NCBI GenBank assembly: GCA_043750125.1 | Contig: JAYVCD010000457.1 | Span: 1 to 16,291, forward strand | Direction of reading: 5' to 3' | Origin: Archangiaceae bacterium | GTDB lineage: Bacteria > Myxococcota > Myxococcia > Myxococcales > Myxococcaceae | Length of the DNA: 16,291 nt | Shown: piece after piece, positions 1-7,920 of the stretch | How positions within the stretch are numbered: position 1 is the stretch's first letter | How the letters are laid out: each line of letters begins with the position of its first letter | Program-made: the position numbers and the translations under genes | The notes under the pieces: generated by a model | Database searches by the model: none | What the model was told of the DNA's origin: nothing | The model's input: only the letters and a program-made list of their open reading frames with translations

Positions 1-1
1 C

Positions 2-361
2 AAGCGGCGCCACGAGCTGTCCTCGCTGGAAGGCAGCGCGGGCGCGCACCGGGCCAACCTCGAGGACTACTCGCTGCCGATGCTCGATCAGATGATGAGC
101 ATCAGCGCGGCGTCGACGATTCTGGCGTACGGGCTCTACACCGTGTCGGCTGAAACGGTCGAACACGTCGGCACCGACAAGCTGAAGTACACGGTGCCGT
201 TGGTGGTCTACGGGGTATTCCGGTACCTGTTCCTGGTTCACAAGAGGGGCGCGGGCGGCTCGCCGGAGAAAGTGTTGTTGTCTGACGCGCCGCTGATGGT
301 CGACATCGGGCTGTTCATCGCGATCGCCGCGTGGGCGCTCTACTTCCCGCACGTTTTCTAA
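2..361 (+). CDS. UbiA-family prenyltransferase / decaprenyl-phosphate phosphoribosyltransferase-like membrane protein, 3' part (5'-truncated by the window)
   Basis: Frame open from position 2: KRRHEL...HRANLEDYS...LDQMMSI...AYGLYT...TVPLVVYGVFRYL...GGSPEKVLLSD. This is the typical C-terminal pattern of the family (KRxxE, YS..LD, FRY, P..L..D). Stop TAA at 359-361. Confidence 0.85.
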   Translation, partial: KRRHELSSLEGSAGAHRANLEDYSLPMLDQMMSISAASTILAYGLYTVSAETVEHVGTDKLKYTVPLVVYGVFRYLFLVHKRGAGGSPEKVLLSDAPLMVDIGLFIAIAAWALYFPHVF

Positions 362-369
362 GCGAGCCT

Positions 370-1233
370 TTATCCGCTGTGGCCAAAGGGGTTGTCTTCG
401 CTGCTGCGGAAGCTGATCACCGCGGTGAGGCCGTGTTCCTGAGCGGCGATCGATCGGATCAGGCGGGCGAGCGTGCCGAGCTCCTTGATCCATTCATGCG
501 AGGTGGGTCCGAGGCCCGAGAAGCTGACCGCGAGGACGGGGGGCTCGGCAATCCGTCCCAGCCAGTACTCGAGCACTTCGTGTTTTTCCGGAGCGATGAC
601 CGGCTTGAGCCGGGTGGCCTCGCGCTGCAGCAGCCGCGACAAGGCGTTGGGCAGTTGGGCGGCCCATTGGTTGACGGTGTGAATGGGTCGCCAGCTCCAA
701 TCGGCCCGGGCGATACCGGCGGTCGGCTGGTAGTCGCCATGGCCATGGGAGGTGAGGATCTGGTCGGGGGGAAAGTCGGGCACCGGATCCCACACTCCGC
801 AGATCAGCGTCGAAAGCCCGAGCTTGTGGCGGGGCGCCTCGAAGAACGCCTCGCGGTACTCGCGCGCCAGCGGGGCGTCGGCATAGGGGTAGAACGGATC
901 TTCGAGCATCAAGGCCAGGTGGAGCGTGTTTTCCCACTCCCCGGCAAACGCCTCGTACTCGTGGGCAATCGACCAGCCTTCCGAATCGCGCAGCCATTCG
1001 ACGAACAACAATCGGTAACACGCCTCGGTCCACTTCTCGTCGGTGAGCCCGAAGAAGCTGCCTTCGACCCCCTGTTCCAGCAGCAGATCGAGCCCGATGC
1101 GGGTGTGCTCGTCGTTGAGGTGACGCAGCAGGTGCTCGAGTGCGGGAGCGGCGTCGATCACCCCGAGCTTGAAAGCGGGAAAGACCACTTCCTTGAGGAA
1201 ATGATCGTTCACCGGGCGCAGAACGACTTCCAA
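370..1233 (-). CDS. Hypothetical protein (287 aa, soluble, Trp/Pro-rich)
   Basis: Long ORF with GC-rich third codon positions and globular composition. TTG start lies 2 nt after the ptsN stop, which suggests co-transcription. No family recognised. Confidence 0.75.
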   Translation of the reverse strand: MEVVLRPVNDHFLKEVVFPAFKLGVIDAAPALEHLLRHLNDEHTRIGLDLLLEQGVEGSFFGLTDEKWTEACYRLLFVEWLRDSEGWSIAHEYEAFAGEWENTLHLALMLEDPFYPYADAPLAREYREAFFEAPRHKLGLSTLICGVWDPVPDFPPDQILTSHGHGDYQPTAGIARADWSWRPIHTVNQWAAQLPNALSRLLQREATRLKPVIAPEKHEVLEYWLGRIAEPPVLAVSFSGLGPTSHEWIKELGTLARLIRSIAAQEHGLTAVISFRSSEDNPFGHSG

Positions 1234-1235
1234 AA

Positions 1236-1706
1236 TCAGGCCTTCGAGTCTTCCTGCGCAATCAGCGCGTAGATGTCTGCGCTGGTCTTGGCAGAGAGGA
1301 TGGCCTCACGAAACGTGCTGCTCTTGAAGAGTCGGCTGATTCGGGCCAGCGCCTTGAGGTGAAGCCCCGCCGAGTTCTCAGGAGCGACGAGCGCGAAGAA
1401 CAGGTGGGTGCGCTTGCCGTCGATCGCCTCGAAGTCGACGCCGGCTTTGCTGACTCCGAAGCTGGCCGAGAGGCTCGGAAGCCCGGCCAGCTTCCCGTGG
1501 GGAATGGCGACGCCTTCTCCGATGCCGGTGCTGCCGAGCTTCTCGCGTTCTTCGAGCACGGCGGCGAGGCGCGCGGCCGGAACGGACGGGTTGCTCTTCC
1601 CCAGGGACAATGAAAGCTCCTTGAGGACATCGCCCTTGGTCTGTGCGGAGAGATCGGAAATGACCGACTCGGCTTTGAGAAACTCCGCGATGTTCACGGC
1701 GCGCAC
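1236..1706 (-). CDS. ptsN: PTS IIA-like nitrogen regulatory protein (EIIA-Ntr)
   Basis: REKLGSTGIGEGVAIPHGK (phospho-His motif), GVDFEAIDGK, HLKALARISRL; lies near rpoN/hpf. The true start may be the GTG at 1697. Confidence 0.93.
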   Translation of the reverse strand: MRAVNIAEFLKAESVISDLSAQTKGDVLKELSLSLGKSNPSVPAARLAAVLEEREKLGSTGIGEGVAIPHGKLAGLPSLSASFGVSKAGVDFEAIDGKRTHLFFALVAPENSAGLHLKALARISRLFKSSTFREAILSAKTSADIYALIAQEDSKA

Positions 1707-1732
1707 ATACCCCTAAGCCAAGGGCCGTTCAA
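1704..1732 (-). promoter_or_regulatory. Possible weak sigma70-type promoter for ptsN
   Basis: Minus strand reads TTGAAC (1732-1727), 17 nt, TATGTG (1709-1704), then 6 nt and the in-frame GTG at 1697. Only a partial consensus match. Confidence 0.25.
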
Positions 1733-1804
1733 GGCCGGGTGACGCACCGAATTCTCTTTAGGTGCCGGGGGTCCACGCTAGAAGATCGGAAAAGACGCCT
1801 CTTG

Positions 1805-3592
1805 ATGCCGCTGCGACTCTTGAAGACCGTCTCGGTGTGGCTGCTGCTGGCCGGGTGTGCGCACGCGCCGGAGCCCGTTTTGATCGAAGAGGCGCCGCCG
1901 GTGGCGCCGACGCCCACGCTCGAGCGGGCGGTTTCGACGGACGACGCGGGGGTGCCCCCACTCGCGATGCCCCTGCCGGCGCAGCTCGTCTCGACCTGGC
2001 TGCAGAAGATGACGCTCGAGCAGAAGGTCGGCCAGTTGATGATGGTCGGGTTTGGCGGGCAGTCGATGGACCCGAGGATCGAAGCGTTGGTGAAGGGCTT
2101 CGAAGTGGGGGGCATCTGCATCTTCAAGCGCAACATCGCCGATGCCGCTCAGCTTGCGCGCTTCAACGATGCCTTGCGCGAGCTGCTGGCCGACGGGGTG
2201 CCTCCGTTCATCGCGGTGGATCAAGAGGGCGGGAACGTGGTTCGGATTTCGGACGGGGTCACGGTGCTGCCGGGCAACATGGCGCTGGGGGCGACCCGCA
2301 GTCCGAAGCTGGCGTGGGAAGCGGGCAAAGTGCAGGGCGAAGACCTTCGCCGGCTGGGGTTCAACATGAATCTGGCGCCGGTGTTGGACGTGAACGCCAA
2401 CCCGCACAACCCGGTGATTGGCGTGCGCAGCTTTTCGGACCAGGTGGCGCTGGTCTCGCAAATGGGCGCGGACTTCGTTCGGGGCCAGCAGGAATCGAAC
2501 ATCGTGACGATCGCCAAGCACTTCCCCGGCCATGGCTCGGTGGACGGCGATTCCCACAAAGTGCTGCCGGTGCTCGACGAGAGCGAGGCCGAGGTGTTGC
2601 TGGGCCTCGAGCCGTTCCGGGCGGCGATGAAGGTGGGGCTCGACGGGCTGATGACCGCCCACATCGCGGTGCCGCAGATGACCGGCGATCAGCTTCCGGC
2701 GACGCTCTCGAGGGCGATTTTGACCGGGCTGCTGCGCGAGAAGCTGGGGTTCGCAGGCCTGGTGCTGACCGACGAGCTCGAGATGGAAGCGATCGTCGAG
2801 CGGTACGGGGTGGGCAATGCGGCGGTGATGGCGGTGAACGCCGGTGCGGACATGGTGTTGATTCCGTGGCGGGCCGAGAAGAAGGCAGAGGTGCACGCAG
2901 CGCTGCTGGCAGCGGCGAGAAGTGGAGAGCTCAGCGCGCAACGGCTGGACGAAGCGGTGACCCGCATTCTCGCCCTCAAGCTCAAGCGCGGGATTTTCGA
3001 GCGTCCGGCTCCGCTGGCGCAGCGACTGGCGGCGCTGGGACAAGGGCGGGGGGTGTCGGTCGAGATCGCCCGTGGCGCGGTGACGCTGCTGCGGGCCGAC
3101 CGCCACTTCCCGTTGCTGCGCTCGCAGCGGGTGGCGGTGATTACGGCCGAGGCCTCGCTGGCCCGGGCGATTGTGGCCCGGGTGCCGTCGGCGCAGAGCC
3201 TGGTGGTTTCACCGGTGCCCCGGGAAAGCGATCGAAACGCCCTGAAGGTCCAGGCAAGAAGGCTGGCCGAGGCTGCGGACGTGATCGTGGTGGGAGTGGT
3301 GAACGGGCGGCAGCTCGAGCTGGTGACGATGGCGTCGTTGACGGGCAAGCCGGTGCTGGTGGTGGTGATGGGGGTGCCGTACCTGGGCGCGCAGGTGCCT
3401 GAGGCGAAGACGGTGATGGTGATCTACAGCGCGCGTGAGAGCGCGACCGAAGCTGCGACCGCGGCACTGTTTGGAGAATACGGGACGCCCGGAAAGCTGC
3501 CGGTGTCCCTGCAGCGAATGCCGTTTGGCTTCGGAATCAACCCGGTGGGCGAAAAGCGGGCTGCCCGCGGTGAAGTGAAGGGCGGGCGGTAA
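1805..3592 (+). CDS. nagZ: GH3 beta-N-acetylhexosaminidase (two-domain NagZ type), predicted lipoprotein
   Basis: MTLEQKVGQL, AVDQEGG, GFNMNLAPVLDV, RSFS, KHFPGHGSVDGDSH (NagZ His/Asp dyad motif), TDELEM nucleophile region and C-terminal P-GKLPV. ATG at 1805 gives the signal MPLRLLKTVSVWLLLAGC with a lipobox (the ORF track starts earlier, at 1739). Confidence 0.9.
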   Translation: MPLRLLKTVSVWLLLAGCAHAPEPVLIEEAPPVAPTPTLERAVSTDDAGVPPLAMPLPAQLVSTWLQKMTLEQKVGQLMMVGFGGQSMDPRIEALVKGFEVGGICIFKRNIADAAQLARFNDALRELLADGVPPFIAVDQEGGNVVRISDGVTVLPGNMALGATRSPKLAWEAGKVQGEDLRRLGFNMNLAPVLDVNANPHNPVIGVRSFSDQVALVSQMGADFVRGQQESNIVTIAKHFPGHGSVDGDSHKVLPVLDESEAEVLLGLEPFRAAMKVGLDGLMTAHIAVPQMTGDQLPATLSRAILTGLLREKLGFAGLVLTDELEMEAIVERYGVGNAAVMAVNAGADMVLIPWRAEKKAEVHAALLAAARSGELSAQRLDEAVTRILALKLKRGIFERPAPLAQRLAALGQGRGVSVEIARGAVTLLRADRHFPLLRSQRVAVITAEASLARAIVARVPSAQSLVVSPVPRESDRNALKVQARRLAEAADVIVVGVVNGRQLELVTMASLTGKPVLVVVMGVPYLGAQVPEAKTVMVIYSARESATEAATAALFGEYGTPGKLPVSLQRMPFGFGINPVGEKRAARGEVKGGR

Positions 3593-3606
3593 GTCGACCG
3601 CCCTTC
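3577..3606. terminator. GC-rich hairpin between the convergent nagZ and hpf genes
   Basis: GAAGGGCGG (3577-3585) pairs with CCGCCCTTC (3598-3606); an alternative stem is GGGCGGT/ACCGCCC. No clear U-tract. Confidence 0.4.
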
Positions 3607-3625
3607 GAGGACTCTTAAGCTCAGC

Positions 3626-4231
3626 TCAGCTGGCTGCTTTGCGGGCGTTGTTCACGCCGCTGGCTTCGATCAGACCGTAGTGCCCGTCTTTGCGGCGGTA
3701 GACGACGTTCATCTCGGCGGTCGCCACGTTGGTGAACACCAGGAAGTCGTTGTTCATCAAGTCCATCTGCATGATCGCTTCGTCGACGTTCAGCCGCTTG
3801 ACGACGAGATCGTTGGTCTTGATCACCCGGGTCGGAGCGTCCTTGGCATCAGGAACGTTCTCGGGGTTGGGCATCTCGACCACGTCGTGCCGGACCTTGA
3901 GGTGGGCGACGAGATCCTGACGGTGGTGAACGCGATCCTGGCCGTGGTGGTGCTTGAGCCGTTCTTTGTACCGGCGCAGCTGCCGTTCGATCTTGTCCAT
4001 CGCCAGGTCGATCGACGCGTACATGTCTTCGCTCTTCTCGCGACCGCGAAGCACGAAGGGCCCTGAAGTAATGGTGATGTCTGCGTGGTGAAGGTGCCTC
4101 TCTAACGACAGGACCACGTGCGCTTCACCGGCGCGATCGAGGTACTTGTTCGCGCGTTCTACTTTTTCCTGTGCGTAGTTTTTCAACGAGTCAATTGGTT
4201 CGAAGTGCCGGAACGTGATGTTCAGCTGCAT
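3626..4231 (-). CDS. hpf: Ribosome hibernation promoting factor, long form (HPF/RaiA, sigma54 modulation protein)
   Basis: MQLNITFRH, DMYASIDLAMDKIERQLRRYK and the C-terminal domain EAIMQMDL..DFLVF..NVVYRRKDGHYGLI; directly downstream of rpoN. Confidence 0.95.
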   Translation of the reverse strand: MQLNITFRHFEPIDSLKNYAQEKVERANKYLDRAGEAHVVLSLERHLHHADITITSGPFVLRGREKSEDMYASIDLAMDKIERQLRRYKERLKHHHGQDRVHHRQDLVAHLKVRHDVVEMPNPENVPDAKDAPTRVIKTNDLVVKRLNVDEAIMQMDLMNNDFLVFTNVATAEMNVVYRRKDGHYGLIEASGVNNARKAAS

Positions 4232-4264
4232 GCTTTCGCCCTTTTGCTTGGTACTGCTGTGGAC

Positions 4265-5770
4265 CTACTCCCACCTCTTCCGCTTACTTGAAGGAAGGAT
4301 ACCCAACACCTCGCGGTATTTTGCGACTGTGCGTCTTGCGATTTCGATTCCTTGCGCTTTTAGCAGCTCGACGATCTTCTGATCCGAGTACGGGCCTTTG
4401 GGGTTCTCGCGCTCGCAGATGATCTTGATGTGATTCTTCACCGCTTCGCTCGCAATGTCTTCCCCGCTGGTGCGCGCGATCGATGAATTAAAAAAGTATT
4501 TCAGCTCAAAAATTCCCTGCGGGGTGTGAACGTACTTGTTGGTCGTCACGCGCGAGACGGTGGACTCGTGCATTCCGATGTCTTCGGCGACATCGCGAAG
4601 GATCAGCGGCTTCAAGAACGCGATCCCCTTATCGAGGAAGTCGCGCTGGAACTTGACGATCGACTCGGTGACTTTGTGAATGGTGCGCTGCCGCTGGTGA
4701 ATCGAGCGGATGAGCCACATCGCGCTGCGCATCTTCTCTTGAACGAATTCCTTGGTGGTGCCCGGAGCCATCGCGCCCTGCTTGAGCGCGTTGCGGTACG
4801 CGCCGCTGATTCGCAGCTTCGACAGGCCGTCGTCATTGAGGACCACCGTGTACTCGGTGCCCATCTTGTAGATGTAGACGTCGGGGGTGATGTACTGCGC
4901 GTCGTCGCCCGAGTAGTTGCGGCCGGGCTTGGGATCGAGGCGGGGAAGAAGCTTGGCGGCGCGGACGACCTCATCGAGCGGCAACTTCAGGTCGCGGGCG
5001 ATCGCCGGCAGGTTCTTCGACTCGAGAAACTTCATGTGCTTCTTGAGGATGGTGCCCAGCAGCGCCGCGCCCGGCTCTTTGATCGAAGAAGCCTGGATCA
5101 GCAGACATTCCTGAAGATCGCGGGCGCCGCAGCCCTTGGGGTCGAGCTGCTGAATGCGCTTGAGGGTCTTCTCGGCGATCTGGTTGGAGACGTCGGCCTC
5201 GGTGGCCAGGCGGATCATCGGGTCGCCTTCGACGTCGGCGAGCTTGAGGTACCCGTCGTCGTCGAGGTTGCCGATGATCAGCGAGGCGATGCGGCGCTCG
5301 GCGTCGTTGAGCTTGATGACGTGCAGCTGGTCGTAGAGGTGGGCCTGAAGGTCCACCTTGCGCACGAGGTTGGCCTCGAAGCTCGGAAGGTCGTCGGTGG
5401 CGACGTTGCCCTTGTTGCTGGCAGTCGTCGGCTCGTTGAACTGGTAGCTGTTGAGGTAGGCGTCCCAGTCGATTTCGGGAGGGGCGTCCCCGTCGGCTTT
5501 CACTTCTTGAGCGGTCTCTGAGACTTTGGCTTCGAAGTCGGCAGGCTGCTCGGCGTTGGCGGCTTCGAGCGAAGCCTCGCCGGGCTCCTTGTCGCTCATG
5601 TCGTCGGAGGCAGTCTCTTCCGGCTGCTCGAGGAGCGGGTTTTGCTCCATTTCCTCGCGGACCTGCTCGAGCAGCTCCATGCGGGACAGCTGCAGCAGCT
5701 TGATCGCCTGCTGAAGCTGCGGCGTCATCACCAACTGCTGGCTCAGCTTGAGGCTCTGTTTAAGTTCCAT
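4265..5770 (-). CDS. rpoN: RNA polymerase sigma-54 factor
   Basis: Region I QQLVMTPQLQQAIKLLQLS, HTH MHESTVSRVT, and RpoN box ARRTVAKYRE. Confidence 0.99.
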   Translation of the reverse strand: MELKQSLKLSQQLVMTPQLQQAIKLLQLSRMELLEQVREEMEQNPLLEQPEETASDDMSDKEPGEASLEAANAEQPADFEAKVSETAQEVKADGDAPPEIDWDAYLNSYQFNEPTTASNKGNVATDDLPSFEANLVRKVDLQAHLYDQLHVIKLNDAERRIASLIIGNLDDDGYLKLADVEGDPMIRLATEADVSNQIAEKTLKRIQQLDPKGCGARDLQECLLIQASSIKEPGAALLGTILKKHMKFLESKNLPAIARDLKLPLDEVVRAAKLLPRLDPKPGRNYSGDDAQYITPDVYIYKMGTEYTVVLNDDGLSKLRISGAYRNALKQGAMAPGTTKEFVQEKMRSAMWLIRSIHQRQRTIHKVTESIVKFQRDFLDKGIAFLKPLILRDVAEDIGMHESTVSRVTTNKYVHTPQGIFELKYFFNSSIARTSGEDIASEAVKNHIKIICERENPKGPYSDQKIVELLKAQGIEIARRTVAKYREVLGILPSSKRKRWE

Positions 5771-5779
5771 TGGTGGTGG

Positions 5780-5795
5780 TCAAGACCCGTGCCAA
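5780..5795 (-). promoter_or_regulatory. Near-consensus sigma54 -24/-12 site immediately upstream of rpoN
   Basis: Minus strand TTGGCACGGGTCTTGA versus consensus TGGCACG-N4-TTGC: GG-N10-GA, correctly spaced, ending 9 nt before the rpoN ATG. Confidence 0.55.
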
Positions 5796-5852
5796 AAGGT
5801 AACCGATTCTTCGGCACGAAACATCAAATCCTTTCAGGACTAAGTGCAACCG

Positions 5853-6581
5853 TCAGGAAAGTTTGAAGTTTTCTCCTAAATACACGGAACGTGCCCGCGA
5901 TGAGCCCGCCAGCTCGGTGGGAGAGCCTTCTTCCAGGATTTTGCCGGCGGCGATGACGTAGGCGCGATCACAGATGGCGAGGGTGTCGCGGACGTTGTGG
6001 TCGGTGATCAGGACCCCCAACCCGCGGGTCTTGAGCCGAACAATTTCCCGCTGGAGCTCAGAGACGTTGATCGGGTCGACCCCGGCAAAGGGCTCATCGA
6101 AGAGGATGAACCGGGGGGACGGAAGCAGACAGCGGGCGATTTCGGCGCGGCGCCGCTCGCCGCCGGACAGGGTTTCGCCCAGCGACTCAGCGACGCCTTC
6201 GAGGCCAAATTCGCCCAGCAGCGCCGAGGCGCGGGAAGCGCGATCGACCGCGGACAAACCTCTTTGCAATTCGAGCACGGCGAGCAGGTTCTGGCGGACG
6301 GTGAGCCGGCGGAAGATGCTGGGTTCCTGGGGCAGGTAGCCGAGCCCCAGGCGGGCCCGCTGGTGCATCGGAAGGGCTCCGATTTCGACTCCATCCAAAC
6401 GGACAGAGCCTGCGTCGGGAGCGATCAACCCGACGACGAGGTTGAAGCTGGTGGTCTTGCCGGCTCCGTTGGGGCCCAGCAGTCCGACGATTTCCCCCGG
6501 GCGAACGTTGAAGCCCACGCCGTCGACGACCCGGCGGGCGCGGTAGGCCTTCACCAGGCCCTGGGCTTCGAGGAGGCTCAC
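5853..6581 (-). CDS. lptB: LPS export ABC transporter ATP-binding protein
   Basis: GLLGPNGAGKTT, YLPQEPSIFR, LSGGERRR, DEPFAGVDP, TDHNVRDTL, VYLGENF. The GTG start at 6581 overlaps the lptA stop (GTGA). Confidence 0.95.
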   Translation of the reverse strand: MSLLEAQGLVKAYRARRVVDGVGFNVRPGEIVGLLGPNGAGKTTSFNLVVGLIAPDAGSVRLDGVEIGALPMHQRARLGLGYLPQEPSIFRRLTVRQNLLAVLELQRGLSAVDRASRASALLGEFGLEGVAESLGETLSGGERRRAEIARCLLPSPRFILFDEPFAGVDPINVSELQREIVRLKTRGLGVLITDHNVRDTLAICDRAYVIAAGKILEEGSPTELAGSSRARSVYLGENFKLS

Positions 6582-7390
6582 GGGTGGGGCTTCTTCTCGA
6601 CCTGGAGCACGGTGGTGGCGTTCTCGACTTCGAGCGTGTCCTTGCCGGTGATGAAGGTGATTTTCGAGCCGCGCATCTTGTTGGGTCCTTGTCGGGCTTC
6701 GGGCTGGCCGGTGACGACGAGGACGCCCTTCTTGTTGTCGTAGTCGGCCCGTTGGCCCCGGGCCCACTTGTCCGCGTCGGTGGCCTCGACCCCGCCCCGC
6801 GCCTGGACCTGGGTGACGACGCCGTGCTCGTCGTAGTGGGCGGTGAGCTCGGGGGCCTTGATCAGCGTGGGGCCGCGGCGGGCGCGAACGTTTCCTGTCC
6901 AGACCGCGGTCGCCTTCTTGTCTTCGAGGACCAGCAGGTCGGCGTCGATCTCGACGGTTGCTCCCTGGGCCGAGCTTTCGTTGGGGGCGACGGTGCGGGC
7001 CCGGGTGACCTCGACGCGATCCAGCCCGGTGGTGAAGGTGACCCGGTCGCCTTTGACGGTGCGGTTGCCCATGCGCGCCTGCGGATGCCCGTCGACAATC
7101 AGGACCCCGGTGAGGTTGTCGAAGGTCGCGCGCTCGCCGGTGGCGGTGCGGTCCTGGTCGACGGCCTGAACGTGGCCCAGGGCTTCGATGCGCGAAACGT
7201 CGCGGCCGGCGGCGTAGAAGACGGTGAGGATGTCGCAGGTGACCGTGGTGGTGTCCCGAAGGGCGCGGGCGTGACCGGTGTAGATGGCTCGACCTTCCTT
7301 GTTGAGCACCTGCAGGTGATCGGCGCTGACCTCGATCGGGCGAGCGAGCAACCCGGCGTCGGGCAGAGCGAGCAGCAGCAGCCAGAGCAT
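6578..7390 (-). CDS. lptA: LptA/OstA-family LPS transport periplasmic protein with two tandem beta-jellyroll units
   Basis: Hydrophobic N-terminus followed by two homologous units: IEVSADHL..AIYTGH..RIEALGHV..ATGERATFD..VLIVDGHP..GDRVTF and VEIDADLL..AVWTGNV..QVQARGGV..ARGQRADYD..VLVVTGQP..GSKITF. Lies between lptC and lptB. Confidence 0.85.
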   Translation of the reverse strand: MLWLLLLALPDAGLLARPIEVSADHLQVLNKEGRAIYTGHARALRDTTTVTCDILTVFYAAGRDVSRIEALGHVQAVDQDRTATGERATFDNLTGVLIVDGHPQARMGNRTVKGDRVTFTTGLDRVEVTRARTVAPNESSAQGATVEIDADLLVLEDKKATAVWTGNVRARRGPTLIKAPELTAHYDEHGVVTQVQARGGVEATDADKWARGQRADYDNKKGVLVVTGQPEARQGPNKMRGSKITFITGKDTLEVENATTVLQVEKKPHP

Positions 7391-7920
7391 CAGGGCGAGC
7401 CGACCCGGGACTTCACCCCATCGAAGCTCGCCTGCTGGGCGTCCACGTCGAAACGGAAGGCGCGGGCGTCGAGGGTAAAAGGCCGATTGCCCTGCGAGCC
7501 GCGAACGGCGATGGGCTCGGTGCCGGTTGCGATGCCCCGCGCTCCTTCTTTTCCCTCGAAGTGCGCGCTGGAAGTGGTGGCGACGAAGCGAGGGGACGGG
7601 GCGGGGGGATCTGAGAAGAGTGTCACCCCACCATCGGCATCGAAGCTCAACGCGTTGAGATTGCCGGTCAGGTGCGGGGTCTGGAGCGTGAGCCCGTCGG
7701 CGGAGAACTCGAACTGGGCGTCGCGTGCGAGCAGGGCTCCGGTCGAGCGCATCAGCTCGACGTGGGAAGAGCGAACGCGCAGCTGCGCGGCGGAATTGCG
7801 GTAGACGCGCAGAGTCAGCCCCTCGAAGACGAGCTCGGGGCCGGACGCGGGCGGGGGGCCTTCAACCTCGGGTCGGTCGCAGCCCAGCAAGAGCACGAGC
7901 AAGGGAAGAAGGAGTTTCAG
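7390..7920 (-). CDS. lptC: LptC-like beta-jellyroll protein with a lipoprotein signal (176 aa)
   Basis: Only the 3' part of ORF 7390..9204 is plausible: (M)KLLLPLLVLLLGC-DRP...FEGLTLRVY...ADGGVTL...FVATTSSAHF...FDGVKSRV. Its stop overlaps the lptA ATG, and its position matches lptC. The apparent start is CTG at 7920. Confidence 0.65.
   Translation of the reverse strand: MKLLLPLLVLLLGCDRPEVEGPPPASGPELVFEGLTLRVYRNSAAQLRVRSSHVELMRSTGALLARDAQFEFSADGLTLQTPHLTGNLNALSFDADGGVTLFSDPPAPSPRFVATTSSAHFEGKEGARGIATGTEPIAVRGSQGNRPFTLDARAFRFDVDAQQASFDGVKSRVGSP

Noticed and set aside
5820-5850. Sigma70 promoter for rpoN (TTGCAC-17 nt-TGATGT on the minus strand)
   Set aside because: The -10 match is too poor to support from sequence alone.
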